Below are positions 9,643 to 20,338 of a stretch of 64,000 bases of DNA, in pieces. Origin of the DNA: Actinobacillus sp. (GTDB lineage Bacteria; Pseudomonadota; Gammaproteobacteria; Enterobacterales; Pasteurellaceae). A model generated the notes under the pieces. The model made no database searches. It had not been told where the DNA came from and saw only the letters and a program-made list of their open reading frames with translations. A program made the translations under genes and the position numbers. The first letter of the stretch is position 1. Every line of letters begins with the position of its first letter. Location: contig JAHHRA010000005.1 in assembly GCA_020026055.1 (NCBI GenBank), forward strand, positions 9,097 to 73,096, given 5' to 3'.

Positions 9643-10851
9643 ATGTCTTTTGATATTTATCAAACTATTGCACTTGCTTGCTTAGTATTGTTGTTTGGAT
9701 ATTTTTTAGTGAAACGGATTCCCTTACTAAATCAATATAATATTCCTGAACCTGTAGCAGGTGGTTTTGTTATCGCATTAATTCTCACGATTATCCATTA
9801 TATTTGGGGGTTAAGTTTCCAATTTGACAGCACATTACAACACGCAATGATGCTAATTTTCTTCAGTTCTATCGGACTAAGTGCTAACTTTGCTCGCCTT
9901 GTCCAAGGTGGGAAACCGCTTATTATTTTTCTGATTGTCGCTTTTGGTCTAATTATTTTACAAAATACTTTAGGCGTAGTTTCTGCCATAATGCTTAAAT
10001 TGGATCCTACATATGGACTTATTGCAGGTTCAATGACTCTAACAGGTGGGCATGGCACTGGCGCAGCTTGGGCAGAAACGCTAAAAAATAATTTTCATAT
10101 TCAAGGAGGATTAGAGCTTGCAATGGCATGTGCTACTTTTGGTTTGGTCGCAGGAGGCGTGTTCGGTGGTCCCGTAGCAAGTTACCTTTTAAAACGTATT
10201 CATCGCAAAAAAATTGGAGAACATGAAAATATTGATGATGTGAAAGAAATTTTTGAAAACCCAGAATGCCGTCGTAAAGTAAATACACGTTCCGTTATTG
10301 AAACAGTTGCTATGCTTTCAGTCTGCTTATGGGGAGGTCAAGTAATAGAAGAATTCACTCGCGATACAGTATTTCAATTACCAACTTTTGTCTGGTGTTT
10401 GTTTATAGGTGCTTTAATCCGTAATCTTCTAACACATACTATAAAATTCAAAGCTGCTGAATCTACGATTGATCTCCTTGGCTCTGTTGGTTTATCTTTA
10501 TTTCTCGCTATTGCGTTAATGTCATTAAAACTTTGGCAACTAGCTGATCTCGCATTACCTGTTCTTTTCATTTTGGCTTTACAAGTTATCCTAATGGTGA
10601 CTTATGCAGTTTTTATTACTTACAGAGCAATGGGACGTGATTATGATGCTGTTGTGTTAAGTGCTGGGCATTGTGGTTTTGGATTGGGTGCAACACCAAC
10701 AGCAGTCGCTAATATGCAAGCGATTACTGATCATTATGGTGCAAGCCATAAAGCTTTCTTAATCGTACCAATGGTCGGTGCTTTTTTCATTGATTTATTA
10801 AACAATATCGCTTTAAAATTCTTCCTTGTTATCGTTCCTTTTTTACGTTAA
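9643..10851 (+). CDS. gltS: sodium/glutamate symporter
   Basis: 402 aa, about 12 TM segments, GltS family (MTLTGGHGTGAAWA, GHCGFGLGATPTAVANM). AAGGAGAAAA RBS. Confidence 0.9.
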   Translation: MSFDIYQTIALACLVLLFGYFLVKRIPLLNQYNIPEPVAGGFVIALILTIIHYIWGLSFQFDSTLQHAMMLIFFSSIGLSANFARLVQGGKPLIIFLIVAFGLIILQNTLGVVSAIMLKLDPTYGLIAGSMTLTGGHGTGAAWAETLKNNFHIQGGLELAMACATFGLVAGGVFGGPVASYLLKRIHRKKIGEHENIDDVKEIFENPECRRKVNTRSVIETVAMLSVCLWGGQVIEEFTRDTVFQLPTFVWCLFIGALIRNLLTHTIKFKAAESTIDLLGSVGLSLFLAIALMSLKLWQLADLALPVLFILALQVILMVTYAVFITYRAMGRDYDAVVLSAGHCGFGLGATPTAVANMQAITDHYGASHKAFLIVPMVGAFFIDLLNNIALKFFLVIVPFLR

Positions 10852-10864
10852 GTAAACAACTGAG

Positions 10865-10890
10865 AGGATAGACACAGTCTATCCTTTTAT
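10865..10890 (+). terminator. intrinsic terminator of gltS
   Basis: AGGATAGAC-ACA-GTCTATCCT followed by TTTAT. Confidence 0.8.
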
Positions 10891-11130
10891 TACTGTTGAT
10901 TTCTTAGCCTTCATATTAACAATCATATCACCTCAATTTTATTCACAAAGCTAAACTCTTTTTTCTCGCTTTGCTTTTGTCAGCAAAGCTAAACTTTCAA
11001 AAGATCTACAACTTTTATTCGCCAGAAAAGCTTCCATCTTATTGTATTAATATTATTCGTTACTTTTCTAATCAAACCCTTTATAATCTCGCATCTTTAT
11101 TTCACTACTATTTCAACACTAAAATCAACA

Positions 11131-11865
11131 ATGAAATTAGCTGATCAAAAACGCAAAACGATTGAAACTGTAGAGTTTACCGAAGATGGGCGTTATAAAC
11201 GCAAAGTCCGTAGCTTTACACTAAGAACAGGACGTTTTAGTGAATATCAACGTAATATGATGAACAATCACTGGAATGAATTTGGGCTTGATTTTCAAAA
11301 ATCATTATTTGACTTTCCTCAAATTTTTGGCAACGACAACCCAATTATTCTTGAAATTGGTTTTGGTATGGGGAAATCTCTTGTTGAAATGGCTATCGCA
11401 AACCCAGATAAAAATTATGTTGGCATTGAAGTGCATACTCCTGGTATTGGTGCTTGTATTGCATTAGCGGTCGAAAAAAATGTCAAAAACTTGCGTGTGA
11501 TCTGCCACGATGCAATTGAAATTTTAAATAATTGTATTCCTAATCAAAGCCTCGCTGGTCTACAGTTATTTTTTCCAGATCCTTGGCAAAAAGCACGTCA
11601 TCATAAACGCCGTATTGTGCAACCAAGTTTCTTAACTCTTATTTTACCAAAACTAAAACAGAATGGTTTTATTCATTTTGCAACTGATTGGGAAAATTAT
11701 GCACAACAGATGCTGGCAGTTTTACAGACAGAAAAAGGCTTAATTAACACTTCTGTAACGAATGATTTTATTCCACGCCCTAATTCTCGCCCTTTAACAA
11801 AATTTGAAGAGCGTGGCTATCGCCTTGGACACAAAGTGTGGGATTTATACTTCACTAAAAACTAA
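11131..11865 (+). CDS. trmB: tRNA (guanine46-N7)-methyltransferase
   Basis: 244 aa. [16 protein letters not shown] (SAM-binding motif), [22 protein letters not shown]. Confidence 0.92.
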   Translation: MKLADQKRKTIETVEFTEDGRYKRKVRSFTLRTGRFSEYQRNMMNNHWNEFGLDFQKSLFDFPQIFGNDNPIILEIGFGMGKSLVEMAIANPDKNYVGIEVHTPGIGACIALAVEKNVKNLRVICHDAIEILNNCIPNQSLAGLQLFFPDPWQKARHHKRRIVQPSFLTLILPKLKQNGFIHFATDWENYAQQMLAVLQTEKGLINTSVTNDFIPRPNSRPLTKFEERGYRLGHKVWDLYFTKN

Positions 11866-11892
11866 TTTCGATCATCATGTAAGGAGAAAATT

Positions 11893-12228
11893 ATGGTTAC
11901 TCGTAATCGTCGTCAACGTAAAAAAATGCATCTTGCTGAATTTCAAGAATTAGGTTTCTTAGTAAAATGGCAGTTTCCAGAAAATACGGCTGTTGAACAA
12001 ATTGATGATATCGTAGATCGTTTTATTGCCGACATCATCCAACCAAATGGTTTAGCATATGAAGGAAGTGGCTACTTACATTGGGAAGGTTTAGTTTGCT
12101 TAGAAAAAATTGGCAAATGTGATGAAAGCCAACGTGAACTTGTTAAGAATTGGTTAGAAGCCAATGGATTACAACAAATTGAAGTAAGTGAACTTTTTGA
12201 TATTTGGTGGACATATCCAACTAAGTAG
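11893..12228 (+). CDS. yggL: YggL family (DUF469) 50S subunit-associated protein
   Basis: 111 aa. RRQRKKMHLAEFQELGF...GSGYLHWEGLVCLEKIGKC...ELFDIWW is close to E. coli YggL. It follows trmB as in enterics. Confidence 0.85.
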   Translation: MVTRNRRQRKKMHLAEFQELGFLVKWQFPENTAVEQIDDIVDRFIADIIQPNGLAYEGSGYLHWEGLVCLEKIGKCDESQRELVKNWLEANGLQQIEVSELFDIWWTYPTK

Positions 12229-12381
12229 CGATAAAAAAGCATAATAACAAAAGCGATAGTCATCTGAGATGACCCAAAAGTTAAACACAACGTTGACTTT
12301 ATCTCTGCCTGTCGCTTTTTTATTTTTATCTTCGTTTTTTGCTAAAAACTACATATCCCCTCAAAAGTTCAAATTCGTATC

Positions 12382-12410
12382 TTGACGGTCTTAGTATTCC
12401 AGCGTAACAT
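12382..12410 (+). promoter_or_regulatory. candidate sigma70 promoter for corA
   Basis: TTGACG, a 17-nt spacer, then TAACAT. It would give a ~215-nt leader before the corA ATG at 12632. Confidence 0.35.
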
Positions 12411-12631
12411 CACAAAGCTTTAACTAACATTAAGGATAAGCCCGTTGGACAGTCACAGTCGATACCCAATTATATTTTTCTGATTTCTCGCCTTTTGATT
12501 TACTTATCGGCAGAAATCGCAGGTAAGTTTCCTACATAAGGTATCATTTAAAAATTTTTCATCAAATCCACATTTTTGCGGTGAAATCTTTACTGTTCCG
12601 CTTGTTTATACTGCAACAAGAGACAACAAGT

Positions 12632-13579
12632 ATGATAAATGTTTTTGCTATTGAAAAAGATCGTTTAGTGCATCTTGATGAATCCACTCAAGATCTCAAC
12701 CAATCTATCTGGATCGACCTTATTGCTCCAACACCTGATGAACGCAGATTGTTGCGAGATAACTTAAAGCAAAGTCTCGCTACTTTCCTTGAGTTAGAAG
12801 ATATTGAGGCATCTGCACGTTTTTTTGAAGATGAAGATGGCTTACATTTGCATTCTTTCTTTTATTGTGAAGATGAAAATAATTACGCTGATTTAGCAAG
12901 TGTTGCTTTTACTTTGCGTGATGGGCGTTTATTTACACTACGTGATCGAGAACTTCCTGCTTTTCGTCTCTATAGAATGCGTGCTCGCAACCAACGTTTA
13001 GCAGAATGTAACGTTTATGAAGTGTTGTTGGATTTGCTTGAAACTAAAATTGAACAACTCGCTGACGTTATCGAGAATGTTTATGCTAATTTAGAAAAAT
13101 TAAGCCACGTAATTTTGGATGGTAAACAAGGCGAAGAATTTGACGAAGCGTTAGCAACACTCACAGAACAAGAAGATACTAGTTCTAAAGTACGTTTATG
13201 TTTAATGGATACTCAGCGTGCTTTAAGTTTTCTTGTCCGAAAGACACGCTTGCCCACAACTCAACTTGAGCAAGCTCGTGAAATTCTCCGCGATATTGAG
13301 TCTCTACAACCACACAATGAATCTTTATTCCAAAAAGTTAACTTCTTACTGCAAACCGCAATGGGATTTATCAATATTGAGCAAAACCGCATTATTAAAA
13401 TATTCTCTGTGGTTTCTGTTATCTTCCTGCCACCAACACTCGTTGCTTCCAACTATGGAATGAATTTTAATTTTATGCCAGAATTGCACTTCAAATATGG
13501 TTATCCGCTCGCATTGCTACTAATGGCACTAGCGGCATTTGCCCCATATTGGTATTTCAAACGCAAAGGATGGTTATAA
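12632..13579 (+). CDS. corA: magnesium/cobalt transporter CorA
   Basis: 315 aa starting at [13 protein letters not shown]-terminal TM pair with the YGMNF signature ([13 protein letters not shown]). The track's GTG start at 12581 adds 17 residues not typical of CorA. Confidence 0.93.
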   Translation: MINVFAIEKDRLVHLDESTQDLNQSIWIDLIAPTPDERRLLRDNLKQSLATFLELEDIEASARFFEDEDGLHLHSFFYCEDENNYADLASVAFTLRDGRLFTLRDRELPAFRLYRMRARNQRLAECNVYEVLLDLLETKIEQLADVIENVYANLEKLSHVILDGKQGEEFDEALATLTEQEDTSSKVRLCLMDTQRALSFLVRKTRLPTTQLEQAREILRDIESLQPHNESLFQKVNFLLQTAMGFINIEQNRIIKIFSVVSVIFLPPTLVASNYGMNFNFMPELHFKYGYPLALLLMALAAFAPYWYFKRKGWL

Positions 13580-14139
13580 TGCAAGCATTTCAATTTCTAA
13601 TGAGCACAATTATCGGTGCTTTGAGTGTAATTTTTATATTACGAGTGTGGTTTCAATATTGTCAAGTCGATTTTTATAGTCCAATTTCGCAGTCACTCGC
13701 CAAATTTACGAATCCTGTGCTTAACCCTTTAAGCAAAATTATCCCAACTTTCAAACGTATCAACTTTGCAGCGCTATTTATTGTGTTTTTACTTGGTTTT
13801 GTTAAAGCTTTCTTTATAAATTTCTATATTCAAAATGTTATAGGCTATACTTTAGGTGTTATAGATTACGCATTGATTGGCATATTGCAGATTTTCAGCA
13901 TTAGTGGTCAAACTCTCTTATATCTACTTTTTTTTAGTGCGATTATGAGCTGGTTTCAGCGCGAACCAAATCCAATCCAATATATTCTCTACCAACTGAC
14001 AGAACCTCTATTAAAACCTATTCGTCGCATTTTGCCACAAGCAGGGATGTTGGACTTCTCGCCAATGGTACTCGCTTTTATTTTGATATTTATCAATAAG
14101 TTATTTAGTCAATATATTCCATACTGGAACTTTGTCTAA
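13579..14139 (+). CDS. yggT: YggT family membrane protein
   Basis: 186 aa from [27 protein letters not shown], with the YGGT repeat architecture. The ATG overlaps the corA stop (TAATG). Confidence 0.78.
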   Translation: MQAFQFLMSTIIGALSVIFILRVWFQYCQVDFYSPISQSLAKFTNPVLNPLSKIIPTFKRINFAALFIVFLLGFVKAFFINFYIQNVIGYTLGVIDYALIGILQIFSISGQTLLYLLFFSAIMSWFQREPNPIQYILYQLTEPLLKPIRRILPQAGMLDFSPMVLAFILIFINKLFSQYIPYWNFV

Positions 14140-14141
14140 AT

Positions 14142-14168
14142 ACGCCCTTAAATTTAGAAAAATTTTCC
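14142..14168. repeat. palindromic repeat, half copy (one arm plus centre) filling the yggT-yggU spacer
   Basis: ACGCCCTTAAATTTAGAAAAATTTTCC is followed immediately by the yggU ATG. No complementary right arm is present. Confidence 0.8.
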
Positions 14169-14471
14169 ATGTATCCTATTTATTGGCATCAAAATGAGCT
14201 TCATATTCACCTTTTGTTACAACCTAAAGCCAGCAAAGATCAGTTTGTTGGCATTCATAATGACGAGCTCAAAATCACTATCACTGCCCCGCCGATTGAT
14301 GGCAAAGCGAATGCTCACTTGCTTAAATTTTTAAGTAAAAGTTTTCGTGTCGCTAAAACCGCAATCATTTTAGAAAAAGGTGAATTGAGTCGCCATAAAT
14401 ATGTTCGTATTCAAAGTCCTAAACAATTGCCAGAAATTATTCGGAAATTATTAGATGAATTTAATCAATAA
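14169..14471 (+). CDS. yggU: YggU family (DUF167) protein
   Basis: 100 aa. [63 protein letters not shown] is close to E. coli YggU. Confidence 0.85.
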   Translation: MYPIYWHQNELHIHLLLQPKASKDQFVGIHNDELKITITAPPIDGKANAHLLKFLSKSFRVAKTAIILEKGELSRHKYVRIQSPKQLPEIIRKLLDEFNQ

Positions 14472-14553
14472 TCACATTCTGATCACAATTTAAATACTAA
14501 AAATTTGTTACAATCTCTTCAGTTTTTTAATCATTCAAAAATGGAGAACATCT

Positions 14554-15315
14554 ATGAAACGTCGTCCTTTAGTTATGGGGAATTGGAAATTAAACGGCAG
14601 TAAAAATTTCACTCAAACATTGATCACTGAGCTTAAAAGCAAAGTTGCTGACATCAAAAATTGTGATATTGCCATCGCTCCACCAGCAATGTATTTAGCC
14701 GAAGCCGAAGCTTCTTTAAAAGGCAGTCATATCGCTCTAGGTGCACAAAATGTCGATACTAACCTCAGTGGTGCCTATACTGGTGACACCTCAGCAGAAA
14801 TGCTAAAAGAGTTTGGTGTCAAATACGTCATCATTGGGCATTCTGAACGCCGTGCTTACCACAATGAAAGCAATACTTTCATCGCTCAGAAATTCGCTAC
14901 TCTCAAAAAAATGGGCTTAACACCTGTGCTTTGCATCGGTGAAAGTGAAGAACAAAACGAAAAAGGCGAAACTGAAAGCGTTTGTGCCCACCAAATTGAT
15001 GCTATCATCGACAACTTAGGTGTCAATGCTTTCATGGACGCAGTTATCGCTTATGAACCCATTTGGGCAATCGGCACTGGCAAATCAGCTACCCCTGCTC
15101 AAGCTCAAGCTATCCATAAATTCATTCGTAATCACATTGCCCAAAAAGATCCTAACGTCGCTGCACGAGTGATCCTCCAATATGGTGGTAGCGTCAACGA
15201 TAAAAACGCTGCTGAACTTTTTGCTCAACCTGATATTGACGGTGCTCTAGTCGGTGGTGCTTCACTTAAAGCCGAAGCCTTTGCAGCAATCATCAAAGCT
15301 GCTGACGCTAGCTAA
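14554..15315 (+). CDS. tpiA: triosephosphate isomerase
   Basis: 253 aa. [37 protein letters not shown]. Confidence 0.96.
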   Translation: MKRRPLVMGNWKLNGSKNFTQTLITELKSKVADIKNCDIAIAPPAMYLAEAEASLKGSHIALGAQNVDTNLSGAYTGDTSAEMLKEFGVKYVIIGHSERRAYHNESNTFIAQKFATLKKMGLTPVLCIGESEEQNEKGETESVCAHQIDAIIDNLGVNAFMDAVIAYEPIWAIGTGKSATPAQAQAIHKFIRNHIAQKDPNVAARVILQYGGSVNDKNAAELFAQPDIDGALVGGASLKAEAFAAIIKAADAS

Positions 15316-15336
15316 TTCATATATAAAACTGATATT

Positions 15337-15380
15337 TCACGCCACTAAATTTGAGAAAATTTTCTTGATTTTAGTGGCGT
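15337..15380. repeat. palindromic repeat, full copy; terminator for tpiA
   Basis: CACGCCACTAAA-TTTGAGAAAATTTTCTTGAT-TTTAGTGGCGTG has perfect 12-bp arms and is followed by TTTTCT. Confidence 0.88.
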
Positions 15381-15569
15381 GTTTTCTATAAAAATTGTTT
15401 CACTACGTTTTAATAAGAGAAATATTTTGAGCAAAAAAAATATAACTCACATTGATTGTTAACAAATGTTATCTTTTATTCGTCTCAAAAGTTATTAAAA
15501 AGCGAACTTTTAACTATAATAAAGAAAAATTAAGCACTAACGTTAACCAACTTAAAAAATCATTCATAA

Positions 15570-15610
15570 AACGGCAAGAAACAGATAAATTCCTGCCGTT
15601 TTGTTTTTTA
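15570..15610 (+). terminator. orphan intrinsic terminator in the tpiA-frmR spacer
   Basis: AACGGCAAGAA-ACAGATAAA-TTCCTGCCGTT (11-bp stem with one mismatch) followed by TTGTTTTTTA. It lies ~190 nt downstream of the tpiA terminator and has no credible ORF upstream. Confidence 0.55.
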
Positions 15611-15612
15611 TT

Positions 15613-15639
15613 ACGCCGACAAAATCGAAAAAACTTTCC
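15613..15639. repeat. palindromic repeat, degenerate half copy
   Basis: ACGCCGACAAAATCGAAAAAACTTTCC has an arm plus a slightly degenerate centre. There is no right arm. Confidence 0.6.
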
Positions 15640-15690
15640 TAATAAAAATAATAGTTTTTTAGGCTTTAACATAATTTTTGGAGAATAGCG

Positions 15691-15722
15691 TTGCCACATA
15701 AAGTATACTTGGGTATAGTATA
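15691..15722 (+). promoter_or_regulatory. candidate frmRAB promoter with overlapping FrmR-type operator
   Basis: TTGCCA, a 17-nt spacer, then TATAGT (15691-15719). An inverted repeat TATACT-TGGGTAT-AGTATA (15704-15722) with a central G-tract overlaps the spacer and -10. This is the layout of CsoR/RcnR-family sites (AT-rich dyad around a G/C tract). Confidence 0.5.
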
Positions 15723-15742
15723 TTTGTTTTAAAGGAGGGACT

Positions 15743-17163
<1,421 letters not shown>

Positions 17164-17207
17164 TTGATGAAGGGTGTGAAAATCGCCCTTTATTTTAGGA
17201 TCCAAAA

Positions 17208-18035
17208 ATGAAAATAATTGAAACACATTTAAGCTTTGGCGGTAAACAGCATATCTGTCAGCACCAATCACAAACTTTAGGTTGTAAAATGAATTTCGCC
17301 GCTTTTATCCCAAGCAAAGCTAAAACTGATGCTTGTCCAGTCTTATATTTTCTCTCAGGCTTAACTTGTACTGAACAAAACTTCACGACGAAAGCAGGTT
17401 TTCAAAAATACGCAGAACAACACAGTTTAATTATTATCACTCCTGATACTAGCCCTCGTGGTGAAGCAATCCCAGATAGCCCTGATGATGATTTAGGGCA
17501 AGGAGCAGGTTTTTATCTCAATGCTAATCAAGAGCCTTGGGCAAAAAACTTCAAAATGTATGACTATATTACTCAAGAATTACGCACATTAGTGAATACT
17601 CATTTCCACACTAATTGTCAGCAAAGTATTTGTGGACATTCAATGGGGGGATTAGGTGCAATTGTCCTCGCATTACGTAATCCCGACCTCTATTCAAGTG
17701 TTTCTGCTTTTTCGCCAATTTTAACTCCTAGTTTTGTGCCTTGGGGGCAGAAAGCTTTTCGTACTTATTTAGGGAAAGAGCAAAACACTTGGGCAGAATT
17801 TGATCCAGTACAGCTAATTTTAGCGGGTAAAAAAGTTGATGAAATTCTCATTGAGCAAGGCTTAAGCGATCCTTTCTATCCTGAACAATTAAAACCCGAA
17901 TCTTTTGCTGAAGTCTGCGAAAAAATGAATGTCAAAGTTAGAATTAATTACCGTGATGGCTATGATCATAGTTATTATTTTATTGCGAGTTTTATTGAAG
18001 CACATATTGCGTATCATTCTGAAAAGTTGAGGTAA
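17208..18035 (+). CDS. frmB: S-formylglutathione hydrolase (esterase D family)
   Basis: 275 aa. LYFLSGLTCTEQNF, GHSMGGLGA nucleophile elbow, C-terminal DHSYYFI. Confidence 0.93.
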   Translation: MKIIETHLSFGGKQHICQHQSQTLGCKMNFAAFIPSKAKTDACPVLYFLSGLTCTEQNFTTKAGFQKYAEQHSLIIITPDTSPRGEAIPDSPDDDLGQGAGFYLNANQEPWAKNFKMYDYITQELRTLVNTHFHTNCQQSICGHSMGGLGAIVLALRNPDLYSSVSAFSPILTPSFVPWGQKAFRTYLGKEQNTWAEFDPVQLILAGKKVDEILIEQGLSDPFYPEQLKPESFAEVCEKMNVKVRINYRDGYDHSYYFIASFIEAHIAYHSEKLR

Positions 18036-18205
18036 TCACTATGCATCAGATCCCAGCTCAAGCCTTGATATCAGGAGTTAAAATACGAGAATGTTTTGTG
18101 CAATTTCTCTCTATCAGCAAAATTAACATTCAAAAAAACTCACTTTTTTAAAAAGTTTCCGTTGAAACTCAACTTGTTGGAGTGTGAACGACTTTAGTCA
18201 CTTTT

Positions 18206-18256
18206 ACGCTAGCAAAAGCGAAAAAATTTTCTACTTTTCTTATCGTTGTTGCTAGC
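18206..18256. repeat. palindromic repeat, variant copy with GCTAGC-type arms
   Basis: ACGCTAGCAAAAGCGAAAAAATTTTCT is followed by a 17-nt spacer and then TTGCTAGC. The arm variant CGCTAGCAAAA is shared only with the copy at 20288-20316. Confidence 0.7.
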
Positions 18257-18398
18257 ATAAATTTTCCTAAAGCTATACATAAAAATAATTTTTAAGTAAA
18301 CTAATTCTTCTTTTATTGGGACTGGTTATTTATTTAGATAATCGGATAATTTTAATTGCAGTCTTATGGCTTCTAATCTTTATTAAAAGAGATTCATT

Positions 18399-19778
18399 AT
18401 GCATTCATCATCTTCTTTCTTTAATCGTAAAAATTTTATTTTTATTGCAGATTCAATTTTATTTTTTGTTTTGTTGTTTTCGTTACCATTTGAAGAAAAT
18501 GCTAATAAGGGTTTGGCATTGCTCGTGTTTATTGCAATTTTATGGCTTACGGAAACATTAAACGTTTCTGTAACAGCGATTTTAGTACCAGTGCTATCGA
18601 TCTTTCTCGGATTAGTCAGCACACATGAAGCTTTAGTTTCTTTTTCAAATCCGATTATTTTTCTATTTTTTGGTGGTTTTGCACTTGCTACTGCCTTGCA
18701 TAAACAAAAACTCGATCAAATTATTGCTAATAAAATTATGGCATTAGCTCGAGGTAAACTATTGATCGCCGCATTGTATCTATTTGGTATTACCGCTTTT
18801 CTTTCAATGTGGATGAGTAACACTGCTACTGCGGCAATGATGTTACCTTTAGCTATGGGAATTTTAAGCCAGCTCGATCGTAATACCTACCACAATACTT
18901 ATGTTTTTATATTATTGGGGATTGCTTATAGTGCTAGTATTGGTGGGCTTGGTACAGTCGTTGGTAGTCCGCCAAATGCAATTGTAGCTTCACAATTAAA
19001 TTTAAATTTTATCGAATGGATGAAATACGGTTTCCCAATGATGTTGATGTTATTACCCTTGATGGTAGGAGCATTGTATATCGTTTTTAGACCCCGATTG
19101 CATTTCTATTTTGAGCAAGATCTCACTAAGATCCCAATGACGAAAGAACGTATTATCACGCTAGCGATCTTTGTTAGCATTTCAGTATTATGGGTATTTA
19201 GTAAACAATTAAACCCTATTATTTCTAGTTTAATGGGCTTGAAAAACAATATTGCTAATTTTGATAGTGTAATTGCATTGTTGGCAGTAATTATTATCTG
19301 CGTTACTCAAAGTGCACGTTGGAAAGATATCCAAAGTAACACTGATTGGGGAGTCTTAATGCTGTTCGGTGGTGGAATTACGTTGAGCATGGTGTTGAAA
19401 AATTCTGGAGCAAGTAAAGTGCTTGCAGATGGCATCGTCTTCCTTATTCAAGGTGGACATTTTTATTTTATTGGTTTACTGGTCGCAAGCTTCATCGTAT
19501 TCCTTACAGAATTCACTTCTAATACTGCTAGTGCCGCTTTGCTCGTGCCAATCTTTATCTCAATTGCCCAATCGCTTGGTGTTTCTGAACTCGGTTTAGC
19601 GTTAATTGTTGGTATCGGTGCATCTTGTGCATTCACATTACCCGTTGCTACACCACCAAACGCCATCGTTTTCGGAACAGGCGAAGTTCGCCAAAAAGAT
19701 ATGATTCGTGTAGGTTTAGTGCTGAATGTTTTGAGCATCTTATTACTTTCCGTAATGGCTTATTTTTTCTGGTTTTAA
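18399..19778 (+). CDS. DASS/SLC13 family anion:sodium symporter (substrate unknown)
   Basis: 459 aa, polytopic. WLTE...VTAILVPV, MWMSNTATAAMMLP and TEFTSNTASAALLVP hairpin motifs (SNT repeats) are typical of the divalent anion:Na+ symporter family. Confidence 0.85.
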   Translation: MHSSSSFFNRKNFIFIADSILFFVLLFSLPFEENANKGLALLVFIAILWLTETLNVSVTAILVPVLSIFLGLVSTHEALVSFSNPIIFLFFGGFALATALHKQKLDQIIANKIMALARGKLLIAALYLFGITAFLSMWMSNTATAAMMLPLAMGILSQLDRNTYHNTYVFILLGIAYSASIGGLGTVVGSPPNAIVASQLNLNFIEWMKYGFPMMLMLLPLMVGALYIVFRPRLHFYFEQDLTKIPMTKERIITLAIFVSISVLWVFSKQLNPIISSLMGLKNNIANFDSVIALLAVIIICVTQSARWKDIQSNTDWGVLMLFGGGITLSMVLKNSGASKVLADGIVFLIQGGHFYFIGLLVASFIVFLTEFTSNTASAALLVPIFISIAQSLGVSELGLALIVGIGASCAFTLPVATPPNAIVFGTGEVRQKDMIRVGLVLNVLSILLLSVMAYFFWF

Positions 19779-19813
19779 AGGTTCTAACAATAATAAAAAT
19801 CTTAAAAAGAATG

Positions 19814-19853
19814 ACACCCCAAAAGTTAGATATCACTTTTGGGGTGTTTTTTA
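19814..19853 (+). terminator. bidirectional intrinsic terminator between convergent genes
   Basis: ACACCCCAAAAGT-TAGATATC-ACTTTTGGGGTGT has perfect 13-bp arms and is followed by TTTTTT. The left flank is A-rich, so it can also serve the minus-strand gene. Confidence 0.85.
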
Positions 19854-19891
19854 AAGAAAAGAAATTTACTATGAAAGAACTTTTAAAAAAA

Positions 19892-20227
19892 TTAATTAAA
19901 ATGGTAAATAAAGCCAAATTTACTAATTAAATAAATAATCAAATAAAACCCTATTCCACTTACTAACAAGCCATATCGACTTAGCTTTGGTTTACGTCGA
20001 TGAACAACATACCAAATTCTAGCTACTCCCAATAACAACACGGGATAACTCCACAAAAATACAATCATCATACGGATTAGCCCATCTGAGAGATGAGGGT
20101 TATCCATTATATTTGGTGATAACAATAATCCGATTGGATAGAATACAATTGGCGTACAAAACAAACCCAATCCCCAAGCGAAAGGACTAAACTTAGTTGG
20201 CAGTGAGTGAGATTTCTTAGTTGACAT
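19892..20227 (-). CDS. hypothetical small membrane protein (3-4 TM)
   Basis: 111-aa ORF with hydrophobic segments (FAWGLGLFCTPIVFYPIGLLL, MMIVFLWSYPVLLLGVARIW, GLLVSGIGFYLIIYLI). I do not recognise a family. It converges on the transporter terminator. Confidence 0.5.
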   Translation of the reverse strand: MSTKKSHSLPTKFSPFAWGLGLFCTPIVFYPIGLLLSPNIMDNPHLSDGLIRMMIVFLWSYPVLLLGVARIWYVVHRRKPKLSRYGLLVSGIGFYLIIYLISKFGFIYHFN

Positions 20228-20287
20228 AATTACAAATTTAAACTTTTACAATCCAAGCGAACACAATTCTAGGATTAAGAAAAAAGC

Positions 20288-20316
20288 AGAAAAAATTTTC
20301 CGATTTTGCTAGCGTG
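20288..20316. repeat. palindromic repeat, half copy (centre plus right arm)
   Basis: AGAAAAAATTTTCC-GATTTTGCTAGCGTG. Its reverse complement CACGCTAGCAAAATCGGAAAATTTTTTCT matches the left arm at 18206-18232. Confidence 0.75.
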
Positions 20317-20338
20317 AAAATACGTTATAAATCAAAAA

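Noticed and set aside
18316-18622. Track ORFs 18316-18561 (+) and 18383-18622 (-) at the 5' end of the DASS transporter gene.
   Set aside because: They are alternative-frame or antisense shadows of the 459-aa transporter ORF, which has clear family motifs.
19814-19853. Hairpins with arms resembling the repeat family but without the GGAAAATTTTCC centre: 19814-19853 (ACACCCCAAAAGT), 55568-55597 (ACCCTAAAAG) and 17171-17187 (AAGGGTG...CGCCCTT).
   Set aside because: They may be eroded relatives. Without the centre they cannot be distinguished from ordinary G/C-then-A/T terminator stems, so they are annotated only as terminators or left uncalled.
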